Of a DNA stretch of 64,000 nt, positions 13,156-25,500 are shown piece by piece. The translations under genes were made by a program, and so were the position numbers. Within the stretch, counting starts at the first letter, position 1. Each line of letters starts with the position of its first letter. The DNA comes from Trichosphaerium sp. ATCC 40318 (taxonomy: Eukaryota > Protista > Tubulinea), in the NCBI GenBank assembly GCA_038496445.1, contig JALMLS010000479.1:186001-250000 (forward strand). Reading direction: 5' to 3'. The notes under the pieces were generated by a model that ran no database searches, was not told where the DNA came from, and saw nothing but the letters and a program-made list of their open reading frames with translations.

Positions 13156-14736
13156 TTATTTAAACCTGCTTGGAGAAAATGGTTGGAGATCAATTTCTGG
13201 CTTGTCATCCATAATTAATTGGCTCATGCAAAGTCCAGTTGCTGGAGCATTTAAAATACCTACAAGCGACAGGATTAATAACCAAAACATTCAAGCCAAC
13301 TAAAAAGGAAAGTGTCGTACCCCAACACGTGTGTCCACTAGCTACAAACGCATTTTCTGTTTTTGGGATTTTTCCTATTAGAGGTAGACCATCAGGAGAT
13401 CCGGGAAGGTAGCACGCTTGTTTCGTGATGATTTTGGCGTCACGACATTTGGAAGAAACATGACCATACATCTAGAAAAAGACACTGTTACTTTTTATAA
13501 CGTTGCCTATAAAAACGTTTTGCACAGTTTGTTATCGTACTTTGACAAGTCTTGCGATATCATCTTCATTTGGTACGATGCTTCCTGGATCTTCTGGAAG
13601 AGGTTCGGAAGTTGTGTTGCCACAAACGTACACTGTACCGTCAGGACGAGGATATATTTCTGGCGTTTTAGTGGTGCCGTTGCTGCTGTACTCCAAGAAG
13701 ATGGCATGGGGTGTGGATTCCATTTCTAAAACTACACTATGCGCTTTTGTGCCGTTGACGGGTGCCTGTTAAACGTAAATAAGAGTTTGAGCTGTTACGG
13801 CAACTAAAGAAAAACATATTGACAACGTACCAGACCGGGAAACCACTTGCAAGCAGTGTGACTCCATGGCCCCATGCAAATTACCACCTTGTCTGCGGGT
13901 ATCACATCATCGCCAACTTTGACGCCAGTGACCTGTAGTTTAGGTTTAGTAATGGCAATGATTGGTTCCGCACTTTCTGTTGCTCAAAAGTCATGCCTAC
14001 AACAGTCGCACCCAACTAGCTGACCGTCAACTATCACGTGATCAATACATATGACGTACTATTGCACGTGCACCCAATGACTTTGCTTTCTTCAGCACGG
14101 CATGTGTAAACTTGTAGGGATGAAGCTGTGCTGTTGTTTCTACACTGCCAAGCGCGCTAATGTACAAGTTAGCACGAAACACGTGCTAAAGTAAAGTAGA
14201 TTACCTTGCTGATGCAACACCTGTACCATCAAGCCAATCTGGTAGTTGGTTGTTCTGGTATCGTTTCTACTTTTGGATTGAGTTTAAAACACTTTTTGAA
14301 ATGATGCCAAGTCAAATTTTTTTGTGTTGTGTACTTTTGTCTTTCTATCCTCGTAATAATCAACTGATAGCGTAGAAACTGGTCTGTAATCATAATTGTA
14401 TTCGGTTTGTAACTCTTTTGCCAAAAGTTTGTGTAACTCAAACGATTTACGCGCTAGTGGCCTGGGTAATGGTTAAATAATCGTTATGAAGCTTAATATA
14501 CCCAACAACACTGTTATCATTCCAATTGAGCGCTAAAAACCCGCCAGCTTTACCTTTTACATTTTTTGAGATAAAGAAGGCATTAGAGTATTAAATGGCC
14601 TACCTGAAGCTGCACAAGCGTACCCAGTGCGCTCAATGATGGTTACTTCGCAATCTTGTCGTTTTGCCAAAAAATACGCCAAACAAGTCCCTATTACGCC
14701 TCCTCCGCAAATAACAATGCGTGGTTTAGTTGTCAT
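13156..14736 (-). CDS. FAD-dependent oxidoreductase, DAO/TDA3-like
   Basis: IVICGGGVIG Rossmann motif, IIER...ACAASGKAGGFLA, PEIYPRPDGTVYVCG, QACYLP..DGLPLIG, GHTCWGILNAPATG. Confidence 0.9.
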
Positions 14737-15078
14737 TGGTTTAAGAAAATTGTTTTAAGCGATTTCTTGGGTATTTGCTGGTTTTTTCCTGTATTCGCCG
14801 ACCCGAATGCTCTCTTGCTCGTTGTGTCATCTTTACATTTGAAAACCCTTTTTATTTTCATACAACTGTCAAAATGGTTTCGAACAACAAAAAAAAAATC
14901 ACGTGGGAAACTTTCGATCAAGCTGTTTGTTCCACGCCATTTTTTTTTAAAGTTTCAGTACGTACTGAGTCGTGGAGTAGTGGTTGTTCTTAACGATTTC
15001 ATTTCACATTTATAGGCACACAAAGACACAGTATTGATGCTTCAACAAACTTTTCCACTAGTAAACGTGCGCAACATT

Positions 15079-16888
15079 ATGTCTTGCTTTGATTGGCTTT
15101 CGAACCTTGTAAAACCTAACCCGCGAAAGCAACCGCTTCGAGCGAAAAGTACTTTAACCTCAATTGTCGTCGTAGAACCGCGAAACAAAAAAGTACCGTC
15201 TACACAACCATCGGTTACACCAGTAGATAGTGAGCGTGCTACTTTTCAACCAAAAAACCCACTTCAGCGGTCCAAAAGAAAGTAAGTCTTTTTTGATGTT
15301 TGCCCGTAGCGTTGTAGCTGTCATCGACTGCTATACGCTTTGGTGTATAGACGATCAATTTTCTTACCAGTAGTAACGTAATAGAGGTTCCAAATTTCGG
15401 TTTGAAGCTGCCATGCATCAAATACCGCATCCAGAGAAGAGATACAAGGTACAATATTTCTTTTCGATCAATCAGTCATTCCTTTTTTTAAACTGTCTGT
15501 TTTAGGGAGGAGAAGACGCTGGAATGGCAATGGAAAATTGTTTGGGCGTATTCGACGGGGTTGGAGGTACTTCCTTTCAGCACGAAGCGCTGCAATTCTT
15601 GTTTTGTCTAAGTTTCAAATACTCATCTAGAATTAATCCTCACACTAATTAGGCTGGGCTGCGTTTGGTGTAGATCCTCGGTATGATTTCCGAAAACTAA
15701 TTTTCGCTTGTTTTGTACTTTTTTTTATTTTCTGTTTTCTTCTGGCGCATGATTATCACGTGCGACGTAACGGTTTCTAAAGGATTTATATTTTTTTTAA
15801 AGGGAATATTCCATGAGTTTATGCAAACATGGTGCGTTTAGCACAAGCATCATAAGCGCACGTGATTTACGTTATTTTTAGTTTGCTTGGCAATTACAGA
15901 AAAAAAATTTACGTCACCTTTGAAAGCGATGAAAAATGGATATGACAAGAGTGTCAACATTACAGGATCCAGTAAGTTCTTATTTAACTCTTTGAAGTGC
16001 TGTTGTGTGTCACAAGAATACTCGTTGTTGACAACATATTTCGTCAGGTACTGCATGTGTCATAATGGTATCAAAGGACGGCAAAGACATGGTTGCTGGT
16101 ACTGCATAAAGTGCATTAAGGTTAGAATGACCGTTAACTCTGTCTTTACAGCTAATCTTGGAGATTCTGGATTTATTCAGCTGTCACGTGATGGTGTTGT
16201 TAAGTGCCGATCTAAGCCTCAAGAGTCTGAATTTAATACCCCTTGGTAATGAGTTTAATGCATATTGATTCTGGTGTATTAACACATTCCTAGGCAACTG
16301 GGGACACATTCCGATGACAGGTACAATGTCTACCAATTCATGACGTTTCTAAATTCTCTTCAAGGCCTAAAGACAGCGATATGTATGTTGTACCACTGGA
16401 GGAAGACGATATTATAATATGTGGTACTGATGGATTATTTGATAACTTATTTGACAAACATACACTGGCCTACATCAAACGGGTATTCAAGATCTCTAAA
16501 TTATATAATGGTGCTTACTATATCTTGATAGGGTGTCGCCGCTGGTAAAACAGCTAAGCAACTTGCTATTGGTCTAGCTGAAGGTTAGTCAATTCCTTTC
16601 ATTCTTTTTTTTGTGTTTGTTAACTTTTTACCATAGAAGCCTTCAGAGTCAGCCAATCTGTTGAAGTGAGTCCTACATTTATTTGCTACAATTCATTCCA
16701 CTAACAAAGATGGTAGTCTAAAACGCCGTTTGCAGTTGAGGCTGAAAAGAACAGAGTTGATTATCGCACGTGTTTTATTGTTCACTTCTTTTTTTTTCAA
16801 TAATTTTCTTACGTTACGATTAGAGGGTGGAAAGCCCGATGATATAACAGTTGTCATTGCTTTTGCCAAACGGATACCAATTAAATAA
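15079..16888 (+). CDS. PTC7: PP2C-family phosphatase, PTC7-like
   Basis: GGEDA, GVFDGVGGW, GVDP, GSSTAC, ANLGDSG, FNTPWQLG, GTDGLFDNL and GGKPDDITVV across many short exons. Confidence 0.88.
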
Positions 16889-17118
16889 GGGTTTTGAAGT
16901 ATGCCTTGCACAAAAAGAGTTTGGCCGAAAAACCAGCGAAAAACGTTACCCCTCCCTCCATTTGCTACTTTTTTTGAATTAACCGACAACGTCAACTTGT
17001 AGTCGATAGCTTGGAGGGCACATATTGTATTTCTATTAAACCTCCCGCGTACTGCGTTATGGTACAAATAATAAAAAAAAAACCTTGTTGAATTACTTTG
17101 TGGACGGTTTTTTTAAAT

Positions 17119-20100
17119 TTATTTTCTTCGTTGTGAAGTTGCTTTGTCACGTTTAAACTCGTCCTCAACCCAACTACAAAGATCATCATAGCCACCACTA
17201 CAACGAGAAATAGTAAGATATGTGCACAAAAATAAAGGAAGTAACAATACCAAGTTCGAGATTTGAGCATTGTTGTGTAAGGCTTGCGAAAGCTTGGGTA
17301 ATCCTTTAAAATTGCGGCTATGATAGTAAACTTGAAGATAATCGTTGCAATCACAATAGCCCATCCATAGCACTGCGCAGCTAACATTTCTTGCATCAAG
17401 TACCTAGTAGAAGAAGTAAGTTTACAAACCTAATATCACGTGGTTTCAGTATTTTTACGCACTCTAATTCTGCTACACTCTGCACAACAGATCGTTGAAG
17501 TATACGCTCCTGCATCTTGTTGTGCATTTTAGGTCGTTGAACATTACCGAGCAAGTCCATTTCATCCTCAGCATTACTCATATTAGGGTCTGAGCTGGAT
17601 ACCTGAACAAACAATAAGACACCTTGACGTTCAAAACCAAAAAAAGGTGACCTGAGAAATTAGTCTTTCTGTGGAACTGTAATCTCTACTAGACCGCGGA
17701 CTGGATACAGGCGAAGGATTGTCCTTCCAATAGCCATATTGTTGTAGAGGTGACTTGTAGTCAATAGTGTAGTTTGGCATCTCATCCGGATATGGCAGGT
17801 TGTATTGGCTATGGAGAGCAACTAGTGCGCTTCCCATATCTTCTATCATTGCCGCTCTTCGTCTGGATGATTTATTATTAATGCACGTGTTTTAAAATAT
17901 AAACCACAAGTATTTCTTTAACGTACCGCTCGCGTACTAACCAGAAGCGTATGTCATGATTAACGATTCGAGCAAATCGAACAAGCATGTGTAGTTTTTT
18001 TGCTATTAATAGCTTCCTAGCGTATTTTGCAAGGAGCAACTCTTGCTTGTAAAACTCTTCATCATCCTAAACAAAAAGTCGTTAGACTCAATACACCAAG
18101 ATAGAGATTGGACATACAGCTGTAGTGGATATCCCAATATTGAAGGAATCTTCCTTTGCCTTTTTCCCATTCTGTTTTCCATTTTGTTCAGGAGCATCTA
18201 GTGGTTCTAGAAATCGCATCAAGTCCGCCAGAAGCTATCAACATTTTTAGCAAATCACATCATCGTCATTGAAAGAACCCTCACCTCTAAATTATCATTC
18301 TGTAATGTCAAGTCTAGTACTTTGATAGCAGCCCTTCTTGCTACAATTAGATCCTACATTTGCACTTTAGTACTACATTACACTTGTCTAAAGAGCTGTA
18401 AATCACCTGTGTTTCTTGTAGGATGCGTAGATAGTTGGCACACATTAGAACGTTACCAGCTTTAAGGCATTGCTGAAAACCCAGTTAGAATACAAAGGAA
18501 ACCAGGACTTCTTACCTCGAATAATCGCTCAGGGTTACCTACAATCAAGAATAGATAATCCCACTTTGCTGGATCAGTTTTGCGTGCACAGTGAACAACC
18601 ACTTCTGGGAACTGCTTGAATTTGTTCAAAAAGTCAACGACTGGGAACAGCAATGATTTCTTTGGATCTACAGCTTCTCCACCACTCTCTTTTTTGTCAA
18701 GAAGTCAGTTTTAACTTGTAAATAAAACACTATGAAGTGTACTTTTGCTTTGTTTGTGTAATTTGTATGAAGGATCTTCCTCCAGTGCCTCATGAAGTAG
18801 CAATTCCAATGAATGAGAAAAGTGTGGTACGAATCGATACTTTGCAGCTATAGCTCTAGCATCATCCATACGTCCTTTATCTATCATTTGACGCAGCACT
18901 GAATGTAAGAAGGGATGTGTCTAGCCCTTGATATTAGCTCACTTAAAGGATTTTGAGCGGTCATACCTTTGTTAATAACATAAAGTTTGGCATATCTGAA
19001 ACGGATGTGTAGTTTACATCTGTTGGAGAGTTAGCTCACATACATCTTTGGTTAATGCTTATCATACCTTGTTGTAATCCAATTATAACAGCCCATTTTG
19101 GTAGAAACCCTATAGGTACTCAATTAGAAAACAAACGCAGAATGTAATTATTTTTGTACCAACAGGGTATACTTCGAGATCGAACTCCAGAGACCTTTCA
19201 CGACTCATAAATGTCATAGGATGTACAGCTGATTGTGAAAAGAATGGGAACCAAACCTATTCATTCCATTTAGAACCTTGATGATGCCAATAAATACGTA
19301 CTTGTAAGCCTTGTGCACCATAAGCCCAAAGTGTATTTCCCAAATCCTCTTTTTTTGAAGTTTAGTTGGAGAAGCGTTGTAAGCAACAGATTCGTACCTT
19401 TAGCGCTATTGGCCATCCAAAACTGTTCTGTTGGATGCGCTAGAGGTATGTGTAGGCTTTGTTCCGCATTATTAAGGGACAACAAACCGTCAGAAGTAAG
19501 TGTAATACATCTACAACAAGGGATTAGTAGGACATCACTAAAAATGATTTTACGCACTTTGCTGAGTGTTTTACTTTATTCAGCGATCTAGGACTTACAG
19601 CTTTAGGCTCTGGGTTCATCCGAGGGTCAGAAACGGAAACATTACTTGGTAGTAACAAGATTGATATTGGCAAGGCTGGTACTGTTGCTTGAGATATTTG
19701 TTGAACAAGCTTGAGAGTTGCCTTTCTATAATCTATTATGTGACATGTTAGAAGTGAAATAACTCAACTCGCATTTGGGCGCTTACCTCCTTCCCCTTGA
19801 ATGATGATTCTGTATTGATAAAAGAATGAATCTGTTGTGAATAGAACAAGGTAATTATCATTACAATCAATAAACAAAGGCTTTCTATTTTGAGGTAGGT
19901 TTGATCGATAAAGCAATGCTGAATTGGACAATCTATCACGTGGATAAAATAGTACCTAAAAGAAAGGATCTTAATAAAACAATTTGAGTTGGTGCGTTAT
20001 TACCTCATACTGGCGGTAGTACGAGTTATAATTAGTTGCAATGACTATATCTTGATACCAACACAATGCTTGACAATTAATCTCTTGTTCTTCATTTCTA

Positions 20101-22336
20101 TCTCCAAACAGTTTCCATTTCTTTGCAATTGTATTGTATAAAGCTATACCTCTCTTTCCGCTTACAGCAATATACTTTCCATCATCGGATACAGATACAA
20201 ACTGAGAAGAAAATAAGCAACTGTTGTAAACACTTGTAGTTGTAGTACCTTTATAGGCCAGTTGTCTTGAAGGAATACACGAGGAATCTGCAAGTGCTCC
20301 CACCTAAACTCTTCACCATGTAAACCAGAAAACCTTAGGGCTTGCAGCCTATCTTCTCCTTGAAGCAGTATTTGCTCACAATAGTTCTAAACAAACGAAC
20401 AAGTCAGTAATTCGATACGACAATTAAAAAAGAAAAAAGTACTAGATTTGGATTAGAACCCAAGCAGCTCTTTACAAAATTGAATTGTATGAGCTGACCA
20501 TTCCTCTTTACATCACCAACAACCAAGTGATATCCTTCTGGTCCCCATGACTATGGGTCACTATGTTAAAACATTGCAATGTTGAAAAAAGATTTTTGTA
20601 TAATTATCACGTGTTGTGTGACTAACCATGTCAATTACGCCGTTGTACAAAGGCTCACGGATTTTCTCGGTACGCTTTCTCTTTGTAAAGGAGTGAGCAC
20701 GTTGCCGTACTACCTTTGGCGGAGGAGCTAATTGTGGAATAGTGCACATTAATCGGCAGCCATAGATGGACCATACAGCTAATCCTCTCTTTTTGTACCC
20801 AGCAGCCAAGGCACGTCCATCTTCTGTCCATATCAATACCTTCACACTTCCAGCGGCTTATTAAGTTAAGGAAATAAGATAAGAGGGACTGCGTATAACT
20901 ATTTAAAAGGATACTGCTAATGCCCCAGTGAGCCAAACTGAATTTTCTGACATAACGAAAACGCTCTAGCATGCTGAATAATCGAACTTCACCGCTATTC
21001 CATTATCCAATTACTTGACATTATAAACAAGAGATAAAAACGTACTTGCTACAGCCCACAGCGACAAGATGGTACCGTCTGTTAATAGCTATACAAGTGG
21101 CATCAGAATTTCTATGAAAAAAAATGATGTTAGAAGAACTTTGACAAGCACCATTCATCAAAGAAAATACACGTGGTGGTTTCGTACATTATCCATTGCC
21201 CTTTAATGTCTTTTAATGGCATTTTATCTTTCTGGTGTGATTATGTTAGATAGCTGTCGTTAACTGTATACTGTTTTACATACCCAAAACAACAAACCGG
21301 CAGCGCCATCAGACATTGTAAATGCGATTATACCAATATCAGGATAGTATATACACGTGGACACTGTCACAGCTCCTGATGATCTCAACGCACCAGATCC
21401 ATTCAAACGTCCTCTAGGTGAATTCTTCTCTGGAGGCAGGATAGGTTCTTCCATGTCGGATGCATTGGACCTAAGACCATCTTTAAGTACGTAACTGACA
21501 ACAAATAAACTCCCGAATGACATACGGCCTACGTTCTACTGGTAATGGAGCAGCCTCTTTAAAATCAATAGTCTACAATCACGTGTCAATCCATTATTCA
21601 ACAAAAATAGACAACAATGATGGCTTCGAGGTGTCATTTCCTTTTGGCCTAGAAATTATAGAGACGTACCTGTAAAGGTACTTCTTGCTTTACTTTTATA
21701 CTGTATGATGTGCCTATCTCCATGATATAACCATCAGCTGTGATGGCGATGATTTGAGAGTACGAAACGCGTCTGCACCTGTTGTAAATGTCAGTACACT
21801 TTTTTTTTATTATTTAAACCGGCGTACCAGATGATAGGTTGCGATGTGACGTTAATTGTGAGACTAAGTGTCAGATTTAATTTATACTTCGTTCCTAAGC
21901 TAAAGTATGGCGCGCCAGACTCGATTTGGTGTTGAAACGCATTGTTATTGCCATCAAATAAGCGATAATAAAATATTGTGCCTAATCTTGTCTAACGTTG
22001 TATTATTGATTATGAATGGCGTAGGTGGTTGGCTTACAGTGATTATCACGATTATCTTGCCTTTAATAACGCTCCAAAAAACACCTGCGTTTTCACCGTC
22101 CTTACCAATGCTGGTGTCGCTCCGTTTATGTTGGACCAATATTAAACGATGCTGTAACAGTTGTAAGATAATTTGCCACAAAGCCAATCAAAAAGCCTCA
22201 CCAAGTCACCAGACCAGATATACAACGTGGTAGCTGTCAGCGTGGCAATAAAAGCGCCATCCCTGGAATATTTTATACAAATTACAGCTTCATCACCGAA
22301 AGACAAAAGCTTGGGAAACCCCACCACGAAGTACAT
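17119..22336 (-). CDS. RIC1: RIC1 (Rab6/Ypt6 GEF subunit), multi-exon
   Basis: N-terminal MYFVVGFPK, WD-like blades, KWKLFGDRNEEQE, FDLEVYP, FSHSLELLLHEALE, VVVHCARKTDPAKWDYLF. Confidence 0.9.
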
Positions 22337-22444
22337 ATCTCATGTAGTATTTGTGAGCGTCTTAAGCGAAATTTGAGTGTAAATGCGACGTGTTAGATTT
22401 TGGCCAGAAAAATCGACAGATTAAATAGGTTATAGACGCTCTAG

Positions 22445-23208
22445 ATGACTGAAAACGCTTGTGTGGAAGATAAAAACGTGGAGGAGAATAGAAAAGAGTT
22501 ATATTCGTTCATGTTTGCCAAGTTGGCATGGAATGATGACATTCTCGCTAAAAATACAGGTAAACACCCTCCTGCGCATACAGTAGTTGATTGGGAACCA
22601 CATGCCACTAAATTATTCCCTGAGGTAAGTTAAACCGTTTATCTTGCCTGCTGAACGCTTATATAGTTCTAGGCATGGATATGCAAGAACCTATTTCTGA
22701 AACAAAAGAAAAAACAAAACGTTTGGCTTGTCGTGGCGCACAAGGTCCGCTGATACTTTAAATTTGAGCCTAACTAAGTACAAGGATACTACCGTTGTTA
22801 TGAAGAGCCTAACCAAGGTGACATCACTTATCTTTTGACACATCTATCTGACCTTAGGATTTAGCACTTAAATTGTAAATCTGGTACGCTTAGATTTGCG
22901 TCAGATGATGTGCTTTATAATACACTTGGTGAGTATGAATTGGAATAATTCTTTAACAAAATTGACATGTGCGTGTAGGTGTAAGAAAAGGATCAGTTAC
23001 GCCACTTGCTCTTTTCAACGATAAAAGTCATGCTTGCAAATTAATTTTAGATGAGAAGCTTGTTAAGACTGATGAACAACAGCTTTTGTTTCATCCTCTT
23101 ACTAATGACTATACACTCTCTATGACAGCTGCAGATCTCAAGAAATTTGTGGAAGCGACAGGGCATGATGTAGAAGTACTGGACTTGACATTCTCACAGC
23201 TTCAATAA
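22445..23208 (+). CDS. ProX/PrdX (YbaK superfamily) aminoacyl-tRNA(Pro) editing deacylase
   Basis: HPPAHTV, CKNLFLK, LRFAS, LGVRKGSVTPLALFND and FHPLTND match ProX/PRORSD1 motifs. Confidence 0.88.
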
Positions 23209-23563
23209 AATACTGCAACTGATTTAATTGTCTTTTTCTAATTTTAGCTTAAAAACAGTGACGGTACATCCACGAGAAATATTAATAGATTTATTGATAA
23301 ACAAAACATTTATAAATACTTCGAGCACCATAACAAATACTAAGACATACGTAGCGTGCATATTTGACTTTATAACAACAAGTATTACACCTTGGAAACA
23401 GAAATAGTTCTAACACTAAGTTAAGCAGTCAACCATGTTCCTTACGCAGATCAGCTTAATTTCCAGAGGAGTGAAATTTTTTTCGGAATTTTGTTGCAAA
23501 CTGTTGGATTCTGTAGTTCTCAACGATATATGGAAGGCCAGCATGGTATTATCGAAGGCCATT

Positions 23564-23643
23564 AGTGTGGTGTAATTGCTATGGTTAGCGCATTTCGTTG
23601 GGCGAAACTATGAAGTAAGGGTTCGATTCCCTAGCACCGCACT
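23564..23643 (+). ncRNA. tRNA-like element (degenerate tRNA-Pro-like or Pol III ncRNA)
   Basis: Closing stem AGTGTGGTGT/GCACCGCACT, D-like TGCT-ATGGTT-AGCG, hairpin TTTCG-TTGGG-CGAAA, T-arm/B-box AGGG-TTCGATT-CCCT, then a T8 run at 23660-23667. Confidence 0.6.
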
Positions 23644-23706
23644 TCATTCGACACCTTCATTTTTTTTGTAAAGTTAGTTATTTATTTTCGTATGCTTTGT
23701 AGTTTT

Positions 23707-24946
23707 TTAAAATGCGTCCGTGTGCCATGACATGTGCCTTGATGTCTCGTGTGTCGCAGTACTTTCAAACTTTACAAAGGCATCAAAAATCTTACTTTTT
23801 TCTTAAAATTATCTCTAAAGGGCAAATACATGTACCCATCGTCGTTAATAATGTCAACACTTCCTTCAATAACAGGCTTCTTGAAAAGAGGAGCAGGATA
23901 CATTACAACACCTAAACAAACACTTTAATAAATATATTTGTAAACGAGATGGATAGATGACATACAACTTGATAGGTTATGAAGAGCGTGCATCAATAGA
24001 GATTTGAAATTAGATTCCTCATTTTCAACTTCGGAAACAAATTCTTGGACAATTGTTACTTTTTCTGGTTTGTTCTCACTTGTCGATGAAGGTAAGGTTT
24101 TCTCAATAGCGCTTAATAGAGCTACAGGTTTATTATCGTGATTGTATAAGATCCAAACATTCTTCAACTCAGCCTTAATCCACGAATCATAATAAATATC
24201 CTGTCGAACAATTAAGCCGTCAAATTTGTCTAAATACTTGTTGTAAAGGCCTTTAATAACCTTCCACTCATCCTTTGGTATATCACCAGCATTGACACTC
24301 TTTATATTATCGGTTGTGATTGGATTTGAAGTTACTCGGTGCTTGTAATAGACCCGTTTAATTCTAACAGCAATTAATTTTCTTTCTAATTTTTTTTGGA
24401 CCTGTGTACCTTTGCCACCCTCTGCGTTCATAAAATGGTGAAGCTTTACTTGAATGAAGTAGACCCAAATGTATATTGGCTGATTTCATCCATTTTGTAG
24501 CGTTCTACATCACAATCAAAAATGGTTGACATCAAAATTGAATCCAATTTTTCCAACGTACCTTGAGCAGTTCAGATGCTATTCCTTTGCCTGTTGCAGT
24601 GTTAAAACCAAGTATTATTGTTACTCTTCACCTCTATACTCCTCTGCTGTACAAACCTCGCTGACACCTCCAACTGTAAATGTGTTTTTGCCAATCACAA
24701 TTTCACGCCTTCTGATGCATACTGATCCAACTATTTTATCGCCGTAGCGACATATAAAAACGGTGTCGATACTTTTAAACGGGTCTGTTTCCCTTTTAGT
24801 ACATGTTAGTCACTTGAATGTTCATTCATATCTTCTAACCAGTGTCTAACAAAGTATTCACGCGGTGTCGTAACAAAGCAAGTATCCAAATGATTAATAA
24901 ACGCGTTTATTTCATTTTCGTTTAGTATCCCATAATTGAGACTCAT
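23707..24946 (-). CDS. GNAT-family acetyltransferase (Eis-like)
   Basis: GGVSEVCTAEEYRG|KGIASELL acetyl-CoA motif A, LLHSS..PFYERRGW motif B, C-terminus ...MSWHTDAF*. Confidence 0.8.
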
Positions 24947-25500
24947 AACTGTTTGACTGTGGCGCCCTTGTTATTACTTACAACTGAGGTTTATTAGCAA
25001 CGTTTTAGCAGTAAAAGTAAGTCAGCTATACTGTTTTTTCGGTCTGGTCATGTAAATACGTTCAAGTCATAAATTTGACAAAGAAAATCGTTATCACGTG
25101 ATAATGTGCAAGCACTGTACTTGTCTACACAGCATTCATTGTAGCGCCTTTCAACGCGTTGAAACTGGTAAGAAAGGATGAGGTGGTTATTCTGTTCAGT
25201 GATAGTAAAAACACAATTTCGCTGTTATTCCACAACAAACGAACGTATGTTTAAATTTTACTTCGCATGTAACCACTGAAGAGATATTAAGGATATCTCT
25301 GAGAGCTTAAAATACTGTGAGTTTTGTTCTGTTAAGCACTTTCTGAGTTCACGAGAAAATGAACTCAACTCATACCATTGTCGTGGTTGCCAAAGTATCA
25401 ATGAGTTTTCGCTTTGTGCAGGAGGCTGGCAGGTAGGCAGTAGTGTAACATAACTCATTTTCAGTGATCGAAATGAGGTTAAGTGTTGTCTATTATAAAA

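Noticed and set aside
4104-22336. Functional cluster of trafficking genes (two syntaxins, CHMP2, RIC1)
   Set aside because: They act in different compartments and are interspersed with unrelated genes, which is plausible by chance in a compact genome.
23564-23643. tRNA-Sec (long acceptor stem, 4-bp T stem)
   Set aside because: No TCA anticodon, no long variable arm and no 6-bp D stem.
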